DNA of 64,000 nucleotides. Source: a virus. Lineage: Duplodnaviria; Caudoviricetes. Of the stretch, positions 44,397 to 54,432 are shown one piece after another. The stretch spans positions 37,759-101,758 of the IMG/VR virus record IMGVR_UViG_3300029288_000110; one strand, given 5' to 3'. Under the pieces are notes generated by a model. That model did not search any database and was not told the DNA's origin. It worked only from the letters and a program-made list of their open reading frames with translations. The translations under genes and the position numbers were made by a program. How positions within the stretch are numbered: the stretch's first letter is position 1; every line of letters starts with the position of its first letter.

Positions 44397-44765
44397 ATGG
44401 GTGAATCGACCGTAGCGCTTCTCATTCAAGCTGGTGCCGTCGGGATAGCATTAGCTTTGGTAGGTCTACTTTACTTTACTCTTAAAGGCAAAAAAGATAG
44501 TGAAGAATCTGACCGCTTGGTCCTAACCAATCACCTCTCCGGTCTTTTGAAGGATGACATTGAAAGCCGTAAGCAGCTCACTATTGCGCTAACCACTCTT
44601 AACAGCACTGTGAGCAATTCAACACAGAATTGCTCACAGATTCAAAAGGATATGCAGAAGGCCAATAATGATATGCAAAAGACTAACAATGATATCAGTA
44701 TTACGCAAAAATCCCTCAATAACGAAGTGGAGCAACTGGAGGAATTAGTAAAAAAGCTCTCCTAA
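44397..44765 (+). CDS. holin-like protein (single TM plus coiled coil)
   Basis: Hydropathy; last gene of the block. Confidence 0.55.
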   Translation: MGESTVALLIQAGAVGIALALVGLLYFTLKGKKDSEESDRLVLTNHLSGLLKDDIESRKQLTIALTTLNSTVSNSTQNCSQIQKDMQKANNDMQKTNNDISITQKSLNNEVEQLEELVKKLS

Positions 44766-45232
44766 TCAATTTGGCCCGACCTAGCAATCAATATGGCATC
44801 AGCTCTGTCAACATTTTTTTTCAATCCCAATGGTGCTCTCGGATAAAGTTGCTGGGCAAGTGTACGAGCTGCATCCTTATCCCTTCCAATTAGTTTTGCT
44901 GTTTTTTTCCATTTGTGTGGTGTGACAAGGACTAATGGTATTTGTAGGGCAGCTAGAACACCGAGGACACTTCCATAAGACATCCCAAATGTAAAAGAGC
45001 TTGATACTCCCTGTTTCGGCATGGCGTTTACCTGCTCCACATATGCCCTGATGATATCCTGATTGAAATATTTCTCCCAATACCGTAGGGCTTTGGCAAG
45101 CTCCGCCGGATTTACTTGCCGGCGCTTTCCTGTCAGTGCCATTGTAGGCATATCGATAACATGGAGAAATTCGTTCTTAGGTCCAAGAAAAGCTATTGCT
45201 CCATCAGCACCTGGGTCAATTCCTATAATCAT
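44762..45232 (-). CDS. RuvC-like Holliday junction resolvase
   Basis: IIGIDPG, YVEQV, SSFTFG, DRADAILIA. Confidence 0.9.
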   Translation of the reverse strand: MIIGIDPGADGAIAFLGPKNEFLHVIDMPTMALTGKRRQVNPAELAKALRYWEKYFNQDIIRAYVEQVNAMPKQGVSSSFTFGMSYGSVLGVLAALQIPLVLVTPHKWKKTAKLIGRDKDAARTLAQQLYPRAPLGLKKNVDRADAILIARSGQID

Positions 45233-45483
45233 TTAGCCACTCTCCCAAAGGCTTCCTTTGTACCCTGTGTAAAGTTTGAGGTGTGAATAGCTCTGGCCAT
45301 ATGGAAATCAGCTGCCGTAGTAAGATGTTTGCTGGTTTTCATCCAGCATTCAGCCTCCTTTTTACGCAATTTCGCCTCTTCTCTCCATAACCTTTCAGCT
45401 TCCCGATAGAGTCTGTGTGCTTTTTCCCATTGTGTCTCAGCCATAATTTGACTCCTTTTATCCCATATACTTTCTTTTCCCAT
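45229..45483 (-). CDS. hypothetical helical protein
   Basis: Coupled ORF. Confidence 0.6.
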   Translation of the reverse strand: MGKESIWDKRSQIMAETQWEKAHRLYREAERLWREEAKLRKKEAECWMKTSKHLTTAADFHMARAIHTSNFTQGTKEAFGRVAK

Positions 45484-46133
45484 CAGGTTAATGGCAGGAG
45501 CTTAGCGCCGATGACCCATACCCAGGGGTTTTTGTTCCAGCCATACCCACGCTTTTCATTCAGCTTATCCCAGAGACGCCTATATTCCTCATAGGCCGTA
45601 GTCCAAAGCATCCTATTATCGAAGGCTGGAATTATTCCTTTTATTTGGTGGGTATGATGCCCCCTGCATCCTTCCCTAACTGCATCAGCTTCAGTCAATG
45701 CCTGTACCTGTTCTACCCTTAGTTCGGTAATCTCTTGTGAGATGCGGCTATATTTACGGGGCATGAAGATAGAAGGTTTCTTCCAGTACATACCCGATGC
45801 AATACCTTCAAGCATGGCCTCGGGTGTGACAAGCGGATGAGGCTCATAATAAGACGCTAGATAGGAGTGGAAGCCGTGGAAATCTTCCAAATAGGTCTCT
45901 TTTCCCCACAATCTCGAGCCGATTTCACCGTAAGGGCAGCGGATGTTTATCACATCCCCGGAGTGGATATTGCGGAAACTATACCTACCCTCAGAGTCAG
46001 AGCCTACCCGCATCCAATGATTGGAGAACTCGTTTATTCGGTTAAGACCCCTTGTCCGACGGGTCATATCTTTCCGACCATCTAGTACATCCACCGGATG
46101 GGAGCCGCTGTAAATAATTCCTGTCTCTTTCAT
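45483..46133 (-). CDS. ASCH/PUA-like phage protein
   Basis: GRK.MTRR, CPYG..G.RLW.KET, KPSIFMPR, NPWVWVI. Confidence 0.8.
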   Translation of the reverse strand: MKETGIIYSGSHPVDVLDGRKDMTRRTRGLNRINEFSNHWMRVGSDSEGRYSFRNIHSGDVINIRCPYGEIGSRLWGKETYLEDFHGFHSYLASYYEPHPLVTPEAMLEGIASGMYWKKPSIFMPRKYSRISQEITELRVEQVQALTEADAVREGCRGHHTHQIKGIIPAFDNRMLWTTAYEEYRRLWDKLNEKRGYGWNKNPWVWVIGAKLLPLT

Positions 46134-46146
46134 AATGTTTTCTCCT

Positions 46147-46401
46147 TCAGCTTTTATAATCCGTGCAAAAAATACAGGCGTTTGACGTTCTGCCACGCAA
46201 TACGGCTATGAGGTACATAGACCCATCTCGGGACCCCGGGTGCAATTTGTGACCGGCAGCGCATCTGACTCTATTCCCCATAACCCGGGCCTGAAGACAA
46301 TCGAACGTGATTTTTCCATGTGTTTTCCGATGCTCCACCCGTTCCAATTCAAAGGCTTCTTCGTTGGATTCGCTCCATGGGTCTGCAACGACTGTTTTCA
46401 A
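46147..46401 (-). CDS. Cys-rich hypothetical protein
   Basis: Coupled ORF. Confidence 0.6.
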   Translation of the reverse strand: MKTVVADPWSESNEEAFELERVEHRKTHGKITFDCLQARVMGNRVRCAAGHKLHPGSRDGSMYLIAVLRGRTSNACIFCTDYKS

Positions 46402-47387
46402 GGCTTCTCTCCTTTCTTAAATTTATTCAAAAGTTCACTAAGAGGAATGAAATCCGTCCCGCTCTCCACATTGAAGAAGTACGCATGTATCTCCGGTTCC
46501 TTTACCAAGCCTGGGGCGAGGGCGAACTTGACGAGCTTTAATACCGGGTCGCCGCTCCAGCTTTGCTTGAAGTGCATCAGCACGCCCTTCTCCAGTTTGT
46601 ACATTGGCTTGGAATCTTCAATCATATAATAAAGGAAGCCACTCTCTTTTTTCCAGGACTTTAACATTTCCGCTAACTTCTCTGGGTTCAGCTCTATTTC
46701 TTTTAATGGCGGTAAGCCAGCTCCTATCGGCTTGAAGAAATGCTGTATCGGCGGGGCATTTTTTACAAGTTCCATTATATCAGAGGGAGGCGCCTTGAAT
46801 AATGCTGTCACCGAAGTTACAGCTTCTAGCCACTGTTTACCAATATGGTCGGTAAAATCTTGAATCGTGTCTATTTTCACATTGAGCGCACTCATTTTCT
46901 CCAGTACGTCCTCAAGATAGGTATTGTGCTCCTTCACCACCTCAACCAGCCCAAGGAGCATTTCCTTCGCTATCTTTGTCGGGACATTATCATCATCTTC
47001 CTCCTCCGCCTCAAACTGGAATTCCAGCAAGAACTTGAACTTTTTAGCGCTCATCAATTGCACTTTTATTCCCGGAATCCCGTTAAGATGGGAGTAGGAT
47101 GGGAAAGCATCCGTCGTCTTAAATTGACTATGATTCCCACCAAGATAGAATAACTCTGTGGAGGTGTACTCACCTATGGTTATTTCTATATGCACCGACA
47201 TGCTGGTTAAATATTGAGAAAAGACCGTTGGTTCGATGAGGGTTATAAAAATGTGCGTTAATTTTTTCGCCCCTTTGGGAATAGCGACGTAAACTATTTC
47301 CCCATATTTATTCTCACCAGGACACGAAACCTTCACCCCGGTGGTTAATACTTTTTTTACTTCTTTTTCCCCGTCCACGCTCAGCAC
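46398..47387 (-). CDS. hypothetical protein
   Basis: 329-aa ORF. Confidence 0.7.
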   Translation of the reverse strand: MLSVDGEKEVKKVLTTGVKVSCPGENKYGEIVYVAIPKGAKKLTHIFITLIEPTVFSQYLTSMSVHIEITIGEYTSTELFYLGGNHSQFKTTDAFPSYSHLNGIPGIKVQLMSAKKFKFLLEFQFEAEEEDDDNVPTKIAKEMLLGLVEVVKEHNTYLEDVLEKMSALNVKIDTIQDFTDHIGKQWLEAVTSVTALFKAPPSDIMELVKNAPPIQHFFKPIGAGLPPLKEIELNPEKLAEMLKSWKKESGFLYYMIEDSKPMYKLEKGVLMHFKQSWSGDPVLKLVKFALAPGLVKEPEIHAYFFNVESGTDFIPLSELLNKFKKGEKP

Positions 47388-47788
47388 CCCCTTTTTCTTA
47401 GCTTTTTCTGAGGTTTACCAGAGAAATGGTCTTTACAATGCACTCCATTAGATGGGTATAAAGACAAATTCCCGGGTTTATTATTACTTCTATTCTCGTC
47501 GCTATGATGAACTATCTCACCTTTTTTTAATTTTCTACCGAGCTTCTTTTCCATCACATATCGATGCTCAAAGACATGAACTCCATTAACTAAAATCTTG
47601 ATGTATCCTTGGTTGTCCTTGTACCTTTTCTCTTTTCTCAAATGATGAGGCGGGCGACCTTTAAGTATTTTGCCCCTACATATGTGGCAATATTTTTTTA
47701 ATTCGCTTTCTTGAGAAGGAGTAACGGGGTAACGTCTATATATTATTATGTCTACCCCGCACTCGACACATTGCCGTTTATATTCCAT
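47381..47788 (-). CDS. HNH homing endonuclease
   Basis: EHRYVME..LGR.L...EIVHH.DE...NN...NL. Confidence 0.88.
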   Translation of the reverse strand: MEYKRQCVECGVDIIIYRRYPVTPSQESELKKYCHICRGKILKGRPPHHLRKEKRYKDNQGYIKILVNGVHVFEHRYVMEKKLGRKLKKGEIVHHSDENRSNNKPGNLSLYPSNGVHCKDHFSGKPQKKLRKRGC

Positions 47789-47899
47789 ATTCGTATTATA
47801 GACCTATTTCAAATCAAAATCTACGCCCCTCCGGCGGTCGCCCTGTATGTTTCCACCTTCCAGCCGCCGCCCTCCCTCTGCCCCTCCGGCTCAAACGGT

Positions 47900-48304
47900 C
47901 TAAGTATGCTTGGGAGAAGGAACCTTGATGTGTTGTTTCCAGTGTTCGCTGGCCGCCCGTGCGTTTTCTTCGACCTCTGCTTTGACAATAAGAATATTTT
48001 CCCCTACTAACCATTGGCGGGCTCGCCGGATGAGTTCCGGCCAGGTAGCTTCCTCCCTGAACCACATCTCGAAATTAAACCATCCATCTTTTCCCACCAT
48101 GGCAAGCCGGTCGTACTCCATCCAATACGCAGTACAAAGTAGCCGGTCGAGTTCCGTCATTGTCCGATAGTCCCGGTGCAGTGCCTCTCTTAAAAGCATA
48201 CGAACCAGTCTCTCTGCTTCTTTCCTGAATTCTTTCGGGCACTGCGGGAGCAGCACCTCATCATCAAGTAGATTGGGCGATAGTTTGGACCTGTTTACTC
48301 TCAC
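47900..48304 (-). CDS. hypothetical protein
   Basis: GGAGG RBS. Confidence 0.65.
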   Translation of the reverse strand: MRVNRSKLSPNLLDDEVLLPQCPKEFRKEAERLVRMLLREALHRDYRTMTELDRLLCTAYWMEYDRLAMVGKDGWFNFEMWFREEATWPELIRRARQWLVGENILIVKAEVEENARAASEHWKQHIKVPSPKHT

Positions 48305-48716
48305 CTTCGACCTCCTTCAGAATCTTTTTCAGTTTATCCTCTAAAAGGACAATCTCATCCGAGACACCCTCCCAGTAGGAAATTTTCTTGGCCGTCTTCA
48401 TTGTTTTCCCGGAATAAGCACTCTTGTTCTTATTAGCCCGCTTGCGAGCTTTCGCCAGGATGGACAAGAAATATCGCAGCATTTGTTGAGCCTGTGCATC
48501 TCTCACCCTATCCCACATGGAATCGACCTTCATAAGCTCTTCGTAGCCGCCCTTTACTTTGGCCGTATCCCGGAAATAAGTCATCGTCAGCTCCTCAATA
48601 TCGGACTTATTAAGGAGCGCCCTGTGATTGTTTGATATTTTCATCTTCGTCTCCATCAAGTTTATTACTGTAAATCTGTGGTAGTGTAAACCCTCGATGG
48701 CTCCTTCCCCTACCAT
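48264..48716 (-). CDS. hypothetical protein (start uncertain)
   Basis: ORF in operon. Confidence 0.55.
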   Translation of the reverse strand: MVGEGAIEGLHYHRFTVINLMETKMKISNNHRALLNKSDIEELTMTYFRDTAKVKGGYEELMKVDSMWDRVRDAQAQQMLRYFLSILAKARKRANKNKSAYSGKTMKTAKKISYWEGVSDEIVLLEDKLKKILKEVEGESKQVQTIAQST

Positions 48717-48740
48717 CCTTTTAGCTACATTATTTACATC

Positions 48741-49904
48741 TTACCACTGCACAAACATTGGCATCACCACCACCGTCACCCCCTCTAAATCTCCTGTAAA
48801 TTTGCCGGCGGAAGAAGGATTGGTGATTTCCACAGAGCAGGTGGAAAAATGCCTCAAAAGGTCTTTAAGATATTTGATGTTGAAGGCAATCTTGGCCGGT
48901 GATTCATATACCCCTTCCAGCTTCACCGGCATATCCATTTCATAGTTCATTTCCTCGTCGGAAACGATGGCCGCTATCTGGCATTTCCCATCGTCCGGGC
49001 CGCCGTCGGGTAATCTTGAGAAGATGAGGCGTACTATGCCGGAGCCCAGAACATGTTCGTCAATCATGCTTAACCTTTGGGCCATCAGGGGAGCGGAGAA
49101 ATTCGCCTTGCACTTATACTCGCTGGGAATAAGTTTGCGGTAATCAGGGAAAGTCCCCATCCTAACCTGGGAAGTGAGGAGGATGCCGCCGGACCTCATG
49201 TAAAAGCAGTCTATTCCTTTTCTCGGTTCCACACCGGGCACAGTACCGCACTCGCTCGTATTGAAAGATATCTCGATTTGCTCCTTACGGAAGAATATCT
49301 TCTGCATTATTGCGAGCGTGCGCCCGGGGATGATGGTAGAAAAATTACCCAGGCCGAAATTCAACTGGGGATTTTTTATGGCCACGAGCCTGAATCCATC
49401 CGCCGCAGCTAATTCTCCATCATTCACACTCACCCCGGTTAAAACGGGCCTTGTTTCTTCTTTAGACATGGCTGGCATGGCTATCCGACTCATCTGGAGA
49501 AAGAATTTGGCATCGAGGGTGGTCCATGGGGAATCGTTCCATTTGGGTATGGGAGGAAAGTCTTCCGGTCTGCCATTCGCCCAGAAACTCACCTTCCCGA
49601 GATTCAGCCGTTCGAGCGTTATGCGGTTATTCTCCACCGTGATTTGGAGTGAATCGGGAGCTTTGACTTTCAGGAAATGGTTTAACATCTGGGGTGAGAG
49701 TATGAGAGAAAACGCCTCATCATGGGTAGCTTCCAGTTCTACACATACGGCGCTTTCCATATTTGTTGCGGTCATCTTCATTTTGCCCTCGGCAAAGTTT
49801 GCCAAGATGTACTTCGTGATGGGAAGTATAGAACGGCCAGAAATCACAGGTAATAACTTCCCCACAGCTTCGGATAATTTTGCAGTTTGTATATTCGCCC
49901 TCAT
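48741..49904 (-). CDS. dnaN: DNA polymerase III beta sliding clamp
   Basis: ATNME, RPVLTGV, AADGFRL, GTFPDY, IAFNIKYL, VVMPM. Confidence 0.9.
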   Translation of the reverse strand: MRANIQTAKLSEAVGKLLPVISGRSILPITKYILANFAEGKMKMTATNMESAVCVELEATHDEAFSLILSPQMLNHFLKVKAPDSLQITVENNRITLERLNLGKVSFWANGRPEDFPPIPKWNDSPWTTLDAKFFLQMSRIAMPAMSKEETRPVLTGVSVNDGELAAADGFRLVAIKNPQLNFGLGNFSTIIPGRTLAIMQKIFFRKEQIEISFNTSECGTVPGVEPRKGIDCFYMRSGGILLTSQVRMGTFPDYRKLIPSEYKCKANFSAPLMAQRLSMIDEHVLGSGIVRLIFSRLPDGGPDDGKCQIAAIVSDEEMNYEMDMPVKLEGVYESPAKIAFNIKYLKDLLRHFSTCSVEITNPSSAGKFTGDLEGVTVVVMPMFVQW

Positions 49905-50452
49905 TATAATAGCCTCCTTAAAATTCCTTCCTTATTGAGCTCTCGCTCGATTATTATGTCACCGTAACTAACGTCTCCCCGTGAAGCACCAGCCTCACGG
50001 GAAGCGCACCATATTTGGACTTGTCTCTGCGCCGGCGTGATGCCCAGCGCTTTTGCCTCATGCTTTATCTTGTTCTCCAGCTTTGTATAAAGTTTATCCG
50101 GCAGTCTCCGCTCGGGGTCATAGCCGTAGAATTTCTTTATCCAGCGGTCTATGGGGCAAACATCCTCATTCCCAATAAGATTTTGCCATAAGCTCCATAC
50201 CTTCCGTCCCGCTGCCACCGGGTCATTCATGAGCTTGGTAACGCAGATATAGTGGACATTGAGCAGGCCATTCCTTGGCACATAGCCGAACCAGTTCAGA
50301 TGCCGATAAACCCTGACGGCGATGAGGACATTTGCCTCAATGCTGCTGATAGGGCTTGTACCGGCCAGCAGGCGGCTGAAAAGGTCGGCGTCGGACCCGA
50401 ATGCCTGGACAATAGCCGCTCTGCTTCTGGGGAGCCAATCTGCTACGGACAA
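49904..50452 (-). CDS. helix-hairpin-helix DNA-glycosylase-like phage protein
   Basis: LAGTSP....EAN, PIDRW, TPAQ.Q..IW pattern. Confidence 0.55.
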   Translation of the reverse strand: MSVADWLPRSRAAIVQAFGSDADLFSRLLAGTSPISSIEANVLIAVRVYRHLNWFGYVPRNGLLNVHYICVTKLMNDPVAAGRKVWSLWQNLIGNEDVCPIDRWIKKFYGYDPERRLPDKLYTKLENKIKHEAKALGITPAQRQVQIWCASREAGASRGDVSYGDIIIERELNKEGILRRLL

Positions 50453-50463
50453 TTTAAGCTCCT

Positions 50464-50661
50464 TTAATCGCCATTGAAGAATATTATGCTCAAGGCGAGT
50501 AAACCATTTTTTACCTTTAACCCGCTCGTCCCGATGTGGGAGAGAACCCGGCGCCCGCCGGTCTCCACATTCGTCTTTAGTTGCGCCAGCTCCACTTCTT
50601 CTTCCGGGGTGTCTGCTATGAAAGTGATGCCGGTATTTTTAGCTATTATTTGAGCCTTCAT
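50464..50661 (-). CDS. hypothetical protein
   Basis: Short ORF in operon. Confidence 0.5.
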   Translation of the reverse strand: MKAQIIAKNTGITFIADTPEEEVELAQLKTNVETGGRRVLSHIGTSGLKVKNGLLALSIIFFNGD

Positions 50662-51091
50662 CCGTTTTTTCCTTTTTCTTATACTCAAATAGTCGGGATT
50701 CATACTCGGTCAAGGCGGGATAATATTCGGAGAAGTAGGTAAAACTATACCTGAGGAGAACGCCGCATACACTATGAGAATGAATGAGCTTGTGATTCAT
50801 CTTTGTATCAATAGCGAGGAAAGCCCTCTCTAGGGCAATGGCACGGCCAACTTTCCTTGCAAATTGGTCCTTCGGGTTACAGAATGCGATTCCCCGAACG
50901 AAACCATGGCCTATCCCGGAAATTATACACACGGTAGCAACACCATCGGTCGGATGCCCCAGGATGACATCACCGAATTTGAGGTAGTAGAACCTCACGT
51001 TTTTCTCTAGATTATTTTTCGTCAGCCGCCGTTGATACAATAGTAATTTATCATCTACTTCCTGACTCCATTTTTCGCCTTTGTCTTTCAC
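50639..51091 (-). CDS. phage gp49/gp66-like protein
   Basis: TVC...GIAFCNPKDQF.RKVGR.IA. Confidence 0.6.
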   Translation of the reverse strand: MKDKGEKWSQEVDDKLLLYQRRLTKNNLEKNVRFYYLKFGDVILGHPTDGVATVCIISGIGHGFVRGIAFCNPKDQFARKVGRAIALERAFLAIDTKMNHKLIHSHSVCGVLLRYSFTYFSEYYPALTEYESRLFEYKKKEKTDEGSNNS

Positions 51092-51118
51092 CTTTCTTGT
51101 CTCCTAATTTATTTCCTG

Positions 51119-51146
51119 CGTGGGGAGGTAGGGATACCTCCCCACG
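51119..51146 (-). terminator. hairpin/terminator after the surface protein gene
   Basis: 12-bp perfect stem CGTGGGGAGGTA/TACCTCCCCACG. Confidence 0.6.
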
Positions 51147-51154
51147 TCTTAGAT

Positions 51155-53335
51155 TTATTTATTCCGGCTTCTTAGTACCAAAATGGCTACTACGGCGGCT
51201 ACGATAATCCCTCCTATGATGCCGAAGATTATCCATCCCACACTGGCCCCATTGCCTCCATCGGAAGGTTCAGTCGTGGTCTCCGTGGGAATCACGGTTG
51301 GGGTTGATGTTGGCGTCTCCGTTGGTGTTTCCGTGGGTGTTACGGTCGGCGTCTCCGTCGGCGTCTCCGTTGGCGTCACGGTTGGTGTCTCGGTGGGTTC
51401 GGGGATAATCACCGGAGACTTCCCGATGATGGCAAAGGTAGTAAAGTGTGATACCTTGGCCGTGATAGTATTCGTAGCCGTATCAACAACGCACTCCAGT
51501 TCAACCCATTGTCCGGCGGCTTCGTCGTAGAAAGCCAGTACCAGATTTTCTTCACTCACGCCCTCGGGCAGACTGCCCTCTTCATAGGTGAAAGTGAGCG
51601 TGATAGAAGGTTCAAACTGAGCCCCGCTGGGTGCGAAATCATACGCCAGGCCGATGATGTTCCGGTCCTCGGGAAGAGGTGCCGGGTTGGGATTGGGGTT
51701 GACTTCTATCGTAGGGAGTTTGTCCCCATCGGCATCCAGCAACTTCGTACCTTTGGGAATACTGATAGTCAGCTCATCATTAGAAGCTGTGAAGTCACGG
51801 GTCGTTCCTTTATCGTTCTGGTAGATACTACCCGTTTGGCCAAGCACATTCGTGTCGGTATAAGAGCCGCCGCCGCTACTTCCCCCACCGCCCCCACCGC
51901 CGCCAGCGGCAGTAAATGTAGCTGTAACACTCTTGTCAGCATCCATCAGGATAGTTTGAGGATTCGTATCGCCCGTGAGGTCGCCGGACCACCCGGTAAA
52001 TTTGTAGCCGGAATTAGCCACCGCCTGGAGCTGTACGGTTGTTCCATAATCATACGTCAGCTGGTCGGGAGTAGCTTGAACCGTACCGCCCGTGCCGGCA
52101 ATTATTGTGAGCGTGTGGGTGTTTATGGCAAAGCTCACTTCGATGGTGCGGTCATCTCTCACTGATGTGAAGGTATAAGTTGTTACTGCCCCTACGGATA
52201 CTCCATCCACCATTACATCATCGATGCTGTACCCGGCATCCGGCGTTATGGTGAAAAGCTGAGTCCCATCGTATGGCACCTCTATGGTGCCGTCCGGCAC
52301 TATGGCACCGCCAGCCCCGGCGGTCGCCATGATATCGAGCGGGGTCGCCATTATGAGGTCGGCAATAGCCTGCGCCACTTCGGATTCCACCTCCGTGTTT
52401 TCATCAGCTCCGCCAAGATAGGTAGGCATCTGGTCCACCATATAGTTCACCGCATCTGAGGCTTCGTTGTAACTTCCCGCCTTCCTTAACGCCCGGGCAG
52501 CATAAGCTGTGGTCTGCATGTCCTCTGCGCCTGCATTGAGGAAATAACCTCCTGTTTGCTGCGAGCCGGTCAGGTTATCCGTCAGCTCCGTCACCTTTTC
52601 CGGGTGGGTATGCGTGACGGCAAAGGACTCCAGCGCCCCGGCGAAAGTCAGCCAGTAAGCATCCGCCGTTTCATCCCCCAGGGGGAAGGCTCCGGCATAA
52701 AGATACGCATAGGATACTCCGGCCATGTCTGCGGCTTCGGTCAGATAGGAAGAGGCGGGGAAATAGTTCCCGAGTTTTTCCAGGCTCTGAACGTAAAGAT
52801 TGATATCCCACGTTACGAGAGTTTCCCAACCCTGCCCGATGCGCATATCCCTCACGTATTGGGCAAACCCTTCAGCCGTACCGCCGCCGAATTCCACCTT
52901 TGTATTCTCCCACCAGCCGGCAGCGAATGTAGCATAAGATGAGTCGGAAGTTACTACGGACATATCGACTGCAAAGCCGATATCCGGCCCTCTTGCTTTA
53001 CGCACTGAGGGCGTGGCGCTGAGGGAATTATTCACCATGGCATTATAGGTTGCATTACAGGTGACCAGATACGCTGGATTAGCTGTGATTTTAAACATGT
53101 CCAGCACACCCTGGCCTGTAACCCCCAAGGTATTAGACGGAGAGGTGTTTGTGAGGTCTAAGTCACCCGGCCCCCAATCCCAGCCGCCATCGAGATTCTG
53201 GTGCGCTACAAGCCTATCTGCAATAGTTATGCCGGTCTCCTGTATGGTTTGCGGCAGGGCACTCGCCCCCACCGGGGAAACGAGGCCGAGCGCCAGGATA
53301 AGGATAATCAAGAAAATACCGAATAATTTTTTCAT
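51155..53335 (-). CDS. cell-surface protein (signal peptide, alpha/alpha-barrel-like domain, InlB B-repeats, PT linker, C-terminal TM)
   Basis: QNLDGGW motif, YGTTVQLQA..GYKFTGW, VSHFTTFAI, TPTE repeats, TM plus basic tail. Confidence 0.85.
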   Translation of the reverse strand: MKKLFGIFLIILILALGLVSPVGASALPQTIQETGITIADRLVAHQNLDGGWDWGPGDLDLTNTSPSNTLGVTGQGVLDMFKITANPAYLVTCNATYNAMVNNSLSATPSVRKARGPDIGFAVDMSVVTSDSSYATFAAGWWENTKVEFGGGTAEGFAQYVRDMRIGQGWETLVTWDINLYVQSLEKLGNYFPASSYLTEAADMAGVSYAYLYAGAFPLGDETADAYWLTFAGALESFAVTHTHPEKVTELTDNLTGSQQTGGYFLNAGAEDMQTTAYAARALRKAGSYNEASDAVNYMVDQMPTYLGGADENTEVESEVAQAIADLIMATPLDIMATAGAGGAIVPDGTIEVPYDGTQLFTITPDAGYSIDDVMVDGVSVGAVTTYTFTSVRDDRTIEVSFAINTHTLTIIAGTGGTVQATPDQLTYDYGTTVQLQAVANSGYKFTGWSGDLTGDTNPQTILMDADKSVTATFTAAGGGGGGGGSSGGGSYTDTNVLGQTGSIYQNDKGTTRDFTASNDELTISIPKGTKLLDADGDKLPTIEVNPNPNPAPLPEDRNIIGLAYDFAPSGAQFEPSITLTFTYEEGSLPEGVSEENLVLAFYDEAAGQWVELECVVDTATNTITAKVSHFTTFAIIGKSPVIIPEPTETPTVTPTETPTETPTVTPTETPTETPTSTPTVIPTETTTEPSDGGNGASVGWIIFGIIGGIIVAAVVAILVLRSRNK

Positions 53336-53537
53336 TTTATCTCCTTTTTTATTATTATTTTCATCGTCGCCATACGTTTGATGCTCTATGTTTCCTCACC
53401 TCCCTTTTTCTCCAGTTTTTAAATAGCTTGAACATCGATGCTCAGCCCTCCCTTGTCATTCATTCCCTTTATAAATTTGTCGAATTCCTTTTGCATTTCC
53501 CTGGCCCGAAATTAAGATGTTATATATTTTATACATA

Positions 53538-54122
53538 CTATACCTCCCGCTTTATTCTGAATCCGGCTTGCGCCACATAGTCATAAACCGCCCGCCGCTG
53601 GCCGCTATTCTCGATGGCGTAGGAGCAATACCTCTTATGGACCTGATTGATAGCTTCTTCCGCAGAGAGGTGCTCCACCCGGGCGACGATGCAGGCCAGG
53701 AGAGTGCCCGTCCTCCCATGGGCAGCGATGCAGCCGATATCAACCCATTTGCCATGCCTCATTTTTGAAAGGGCGATGTTGACCAGTTGGGAAAGAATTT
53801 CCGGCCTTTGCCCCGCACCGTCCGGCCAGTCAATAACGAGTGCCGGATATGAGCGCTTATCTGCCACGGATTTGAGATAACACCCGTTGGTCCAGATGGC
53901 GCTCAGCCGACTTTCCCAGGAGCTCTTGGCCAGGTAGATGCCGAAGTCAGGCTTGGGTTCAGCTGTATCGTGGGAATATGGAGCCGCCGAGCAAGTCAGG
54001 GTAAAACGCCCCACCCTCACAGGTTGCCGCCAGTGTCCGCAGTCATGCCAGATAGTATAATCTCTGTAAAGACTATTAGCTAACCGACTGCCTTTTCCTT
54101 TAAAATATTTGGAACCAGCCAT
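53538..54122 (-). CDS. protein-tyrosine/dual-specificity phosphatase-like protein
   Basis: WPD loop and CIAAHGRTGT (CX5R). Confidence 0.85.
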   Translation of the reverse strand: MAGSKYFKGKGSRLANSLYRDYTIWHDCGHWRQPVRVGRFTLTCSAAPYSHDTAEPKPDFGIYLAKSSWESRLSAIWTNGCYLKSVADKRSYPALVIDWPDGAGQRPEILSQLVNIALSKMRHGKWVDIGCIAAHGRTGTLLACIVARVEHLSAEEAINQVHKRYCSYAIENSGQRRAVYDYVAQAGFRIKREV

Positions 54123-54160
54123 TATACCCCCCTAGATTCGCCATGTGTCCGAGTTTACTT

Positions 54161-54340
54161 TTATACCTTGCCGTCCCGTTTAGGGTCGCCGCACACCGGC
54201 ACCGACATATAGTTTTTGCTTACGATAACCGGGAAGCCGCACTTTGAACACGGCGCCTCCCTGTATCCAGGATGATGGGTTTCTCTCCCATCTTCGTTAA
54301 CCTCGACATGCGACTGTTTTGCTATTTCTGATAATGCCAT
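54161..54340 (-). CDS. small Zn-binding protein
   Basis: GAGG RBS; CSKC. Confidence 0.5.
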   Translation of the reverse strand: MALSEIAKQSHVEVNEDGRETHHPGYREAPCSKCGFPVIVSKNYMSVPVCGDPKRDGKV

Positions 54341-54432
54341 TTGATAACCTCTTTCATAATTTTGGAGAGCCGGCAGGCGGGGAGACGGGTAGACTGTTAA
54401 TCCACCCTCGGACCCGCCCACCGACCTATGCG

